NCBI GenBank assembly: GCA_049966395.1
Contig: JBMFUT010000005.1
Location: 12,212 to 23,037, forward strand
Length of the DNA: 10,826 bases
Source: Candidatus Micrarchaeia archaeon
GTDB lineage: Archaea > Micrarchaeota > Micrarchaeia > Micrarchaeales > CABMGC01
Direction of reading: 5' to 3'
Shown: in pieces, positions 8,401 through 10,826 of the stretch
Layout of the letters: every line of letters begins with the position of its first letter
Numbering within the stretch: position 1 is the stretch's first letter
Position numbers and translations under genes: made by a program
Notes under the pieces: model-generated
Told to the model about the DNA's origin: nothing
Databases searched by the model: none
Seen by the model: the letters and a program-made list of their open reading frames with translations, nothing else

Positions 8401-10284
8401 CTAGCTTGCAGCTGTCATGTTTGCATTGTAGAAGTAGTCCCCGCTGTAGATTATTGCGTCGGCAACATCTATCCTATATGCCTTCTTGGTATAGTTGCCA
8501 CTAGCCTTTGGCCAATTGATAGTAGCATTAAGGGCGTATTCGTGAACGCCTGCCTGAAGCGTTATCTTATTTACGTTCAGGAGGCACCGGTAGTCATTTG
8601 TGCTGCAGCGTTGAGGCTGTTTTATCAGACTTGAATTTCCAAAACCTGATATGTATATCGTGTTGTTGGCGTATGTGTAGAAAAACAGGTACGCCGTGGT
8701 ATTTGAATTTCCCATGTAGTGTATTTCGGCAGAATAGCGGCTCTCGTTTGACTGTGGGATCGAAATCAGGCTCTGGTTGCTTATTGATACCCCGAAATCG
8801 CTCTTGTATAAATTATGAGATGCCAGTATTGCATAAAACCCTGCAACCACTAGTAGCAATGCAACTGCTGCCACAGCAAGCCTGTGCCTCTGCAGAAAAA
8901 CTTTGCGCCTAGGCGCGGCACCTTCTTTCATGAAAAGCACTATCACCGCAAAGGCTATGAAAAAAGTGAAGTATGAGCCGAGCGCATGTGGAAACATCAG
9001 TGGCACCATGCTGAATATTGGAACTAATTTTTTCTCGTTTAAGAATGCGAAAAGAAGCACCATCAAGAGCGCAGATATAGCAAACATTGTCGTGAGGGAA
9101 GGAATTGTAACATTGTAGAGCTGCAGCAGCGGGTATCCGAATAGCGAGGATGGCAAAGGCAGCAGCAGTTTTCCTATGGGGGAGAACACGTCACGGAAAT
9201 ATGCCGTCGGGCTCGAGGCTATGAAATAGCCGTTTATCAATGCAAACACGAATATGGCGCCAAGCAGGTCGTATGCGCCGCGCCTGATGCCTTTGTTTGT
9301 GAAAGAGTATGTTATGAGTAACAGCACTGGGAGCCACAGCTCTTCCTGTATAGAAGCCGCAATGCCAAGCATTAGCCACGAATACTTGCTATCTATAGAG
9401 GCATATGCTATAAGTATCAGCGCAAGCATGAGGAATGTCTGCGTTGAGGACACTATCGCAATGGCAAAAAGCAGAAATATTATCACGCTATATCTTGGCC
9501 TGGCTATGTGCTTCTTGTCAAGAAGCAGCGCTATTGTAAGCAGGAGTATGAAAATAAATACGCCGGCTTGAATGCTCATTTCGGTAGAAAGATTTTTCAT
9601 TGTGGGTGGGAGAAGCAAATAGAAAGGCAGAAAAGATAGCATGTAAAGCGCAGGGTAGTTTATTGTGCCTATTATGTCGTTGTTTGTGGTCGGAGTATAG
9701 CTCATGTTAAGCATGTTATCGTAGACCTGCTGCGAGAAAGAAATCGCATATGGATTTGTGCCGTTTAGGAATGCCTTTGTGCTTAGGAAGCATATGTAGG
9801 CCTCGTCGTCAGGAAAGAAGTGGAAGGCGTATTCAGCAAAATAGTACAGCGATATTATCAATATAGCTGCAAAAATCAATATCAGCGCAACTTTTGTGTA
9901 CTCCTTGCCCGCTCTCAAAAGGTAAGCCCCGAACATCATGCAGAAGAGTAGTGGAAGAAACAGTATTATGTACTTACCCAGCAAAGTTCCGAGCGTAACT
10001 AATGATAGTACTTCGCCTGACCTTACAACAGGCAACATTAAAATAGGCAATAAGAAGAAAAAAACCAAAACCGATAGAGCCACAATCATTGGCATGTCGT
10101 ACTTCTTTGATGCACGGTCTTTCTGGTTTTCAAACATTCTCATTGACGCTATCGCAATAAACGAGATAGCTATAGGTATGCCACTTAATGAAGGGATATA
10201 AGAAAGGTTACCGCACTGCGCCCCAATGAACATGATAAATAAGAAGGCTGACACGAAGAAGATGCTATCGTGGCTAAGTTGCAT
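8401..10284 (-). CDS. GT-C fold membrane glycosyltransferase (GT87/PimE-like) with extra N-terminal TMs and a C-terminal extracellular domain
   Basis: External loop with DDE (9810-9802), GTNPY (9762-9748) and NYP (9660-9652), the acidic / G-x-NPY / YP pattern of GT87-like enzymes. Many TMs follow; the C-terminal ~125 aa is soluble with 8 sequons. Confidence 0.7.
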   Translation of the reverse strand: MQLSHDSIFFVSAFLFIMFIGAQCGNLSYIPSLSGIPIAISFIAIASMRMFENQKDRASKKYDMPMIVALSVLVFFFLLPILMLPVVRSGEVLSLVTLGTLLGKYIILFLPLLFCMMFGAYLLRAGKEYTKVALILIFAAILIISLYYFAEYAFHFFPDDEAYICFLSTKAFLNGTNPYAISFSQQVYDNMLNMSYTPTTNNDIIGTINYPALYMLSFLPFYLLLPPTMKNLSTEMSIQAGVFIFILLLTIALLLDKKHIARPRYSVIIFLLFAIAIVSSTQTFLMLALILIAYASIDSKYSWLMLGIAASIQEELWLPVLLLITYSFTNKGIRRGAYDLLGAIFVFALINGYFIASSPTAYFRDVFSPIGKLLLPLPSSLFGYPLLQLYNVTIPSLTTMFAISALLMVLLFAFLNEKKLVPIFSMVPLMFPHALGSYFTFFIAFAVIVLFMKEGAAPRRKVFLQRHRLAVAAVALLLVVAGFYAILASHNLYKSDFGVSISNQSLISIPQSNESRYSAEIHYMGNSNTTAYLFFYTYANNTIYISGFGNSSLIKQPQRCSTNDYRCLLNVNKITLQAGVHEYALNATINWPKASGNYTKKAYRIDVADAIIYSGDYFYNANMTAAS

Positions 10285-10305
10285 GATGATAATTAAGAGG
10301 AATAC

Positions 10306-10348
10306 AAAATAAAAAGGTTAGTTTGCCGCCACACATACGGCGGCAAAC
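10306..10348 (-). terminator. Perfect 10-bp GC-rich hairpin followed by a T tract, downstream of the pilin gene
   Basis: GTTTGCCGCC (10321-10330) pairs with GGCGGCAAAC (10339-10348) around an 8-nt loop. On the minus strand it is followed after 5 nt by TTTTTATTTT (10315-10306). Confidence 0.8.
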
Positions 10349-10373
10349 GAAATTTTTCGGCTTACCCGTAGCT

Positions 10374-10697
10374 TCATATTCCTTGTATTAAGCCTACGAG
10401 GTAAGGGGCAATCAATACTAGGATCAATCCCACTATTGAACCTATGATCATACCCATTGCCCAGCCCTGCATGTTTGCCTTTATCTGTCCTGCTGCAGGC
10501 AGGAAATGCGCTGCGGCGTAGAGGACGCCTCCTACCATGAAGAGTGCTATGGCGAACACGCCGATTACAGTCTGCACTATTGATACTATGCTCTGGAATA
10601 CAGAACTGAGCAACGATGCCGCTTGAGCAAACGCTAGAGAACTTATCTGTGACACTAAAAGCAGTGAAACCAGCAGTTTCAGATAATTTATTTTCAT
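10374..10697 (-). CDS. VirB2/TrbC/CedA1-type pilin-like protein (107 aa)
   Basis: 24-aa signal ending AFA|Q, then an amphipathic helix (LLSSVFQSIVSIVQ), TM1, a short loop (YAAAHFLPAAGQIKANMQGW) and TM2 (MIIGSIVGLILVLIAPYLV). This is the size and layout of conjugative-type pilins. The gene has its own promoter, RBS and 3' hairpin. Confidence 0.75.
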   Translation of the reverse strand: MKINYLKLLVSLLLVSQISSLAFAQAASLLSSVFQSIVSIVQTVIGVFAIALFMVGGVLYAAAHFLPAAGQIKANMQGWAMGMIIGSIVGLILVLIAPYLVGLIQGI

Positions 10698-10702
10698 GTA
10701 TA

Positions 10703-10706
10703 CACC
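10703..10706 (-). promoter_or_regulatory. Shine-Dalgarno GGTG for the pilin
   Basis: The minus strand reads TTGGTGTATAC-ATG; GGTG is 5 nt upstream of ATG 10697. Confidence 0.55.
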
Positions 10707-10735
10707 AATGTCGCATTTTAATATATTGCTATTGA

Positions 10736-10750
10736 TTTAAATAGCTTTCG
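10736..10750 (-). promoter_or_regulatory. Archaeal BRE-TATA promoter of the pilin gene
   Basis: The minus strand reads CGAAAGC-TATTTAAA, a purine-rich BRE directly before a TATA box, 39-46 nt upstream of the ATG. This predicts a short 5' leader that contains the SD. Confidence 0.7.
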
Positions 10751-10757
10751 CATAAGT

Positions 10758-10826
10758 CTATGTAATAGTAGAGAACAAGCTCTCCACGCTGAAATTATAA
10801 CTTACTCTGGACTTGGATTGTAGCGT
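10758..10826 (-). CDS. Possible 3' end of an upstream gene (partial)
   Basis: A frame is open from the right edge to TAG at 10760-10758 (TLQSKSRVSYNFSVESLFSTIT*), ending just before the BRE. It is too short to be sure, and another frame ending in TAA is also possible. Confidence 0.3.
   Translation of the reverse strand, partial: TLQSKSRVSYNFSVESLFSTIT

Noticed and set aside
10058..10064. A7 homopolymer as a phase-variation site in the glycosyltransferase
   Set aside because: It is short and simply encodes a run of Phe codons in a TM helix; the frame is intact.
10374..10697. Type IV pilin/archaellin or circular bacteriocin interpretation of the small protein
   Set aside because: There is no [KR]-[GA] class III cleavage site before a hydrophobic helix and no globular C-terminal domain. 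The mature chain is nearly uncharged, unlike cationic AS-48-type bacteriocins.
10318..10716. 132-aa alternative-frame ORF over the pilin
   Set aside because: Arg/Ser/Cys-rich with no recognisable structure, and it runs through the terminator hairpin. The SD and promoter spacing support the 107-aa frame.
10791..10800. Plus-strand GAAATTATAA as a divergent promoter
   Set aside because: No downstream plus-strand gene is visible within the window, and the site may lie inside the upstream minus-strand CDS.
1..10826. CRISPR arrays, tRNA/rRNA genes, IS elements, DGR-type template/variable repeats
   Set aside because: I saw no spaced direct repeats, cloverleaf motifs, transposase or reverse-transcriptase motifs, or near-identical nucleotide repeats. 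Internal intergenic gaps are all under 90 nt.

Overview
The window is a gene-dense, entirely minus-strand archaeal locus. BRE-TATA and GGTG(A) ribosome-binding signals are visible; a DPANN/Micrarchaeota-like host is my inference only. In transcription order (right to left) it encodes: (1) a 107-aa VirB2/TrbC/CedA1-type pilin-like protein with its own promoter, RBS and a perfect 10-bp 3' hairpin; (2) two GT-C-fold membrane glycosyltransferase-like proteins; (3) a 243-aa polytopic membrane protein; (4) a tightly packed array of five highly diverged paralogous membrane proteins (426, 399, 466, 371, 351 aa); and (5) the start of a further signal-peptide-bearing gene running off the left edge. The five paralogs share three motifs that can be aligned by eye and resemble CedA/TedA/VirB6 inner-membrane channel subunits. 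Each also begins with a hairpin similar to the pilin. The best-supported hypothesis is an unusual Ced/Ted/T4SS-like pilus-and-channel apparatus with a five-fold expanded CedA/VirB6-like component and linked glycosylation enzymes. No ATPase, relaxase, RNA gene, CRISPR array or mobile element is visible. Family assignments come from recalled motifs and need HMM or structure searches.
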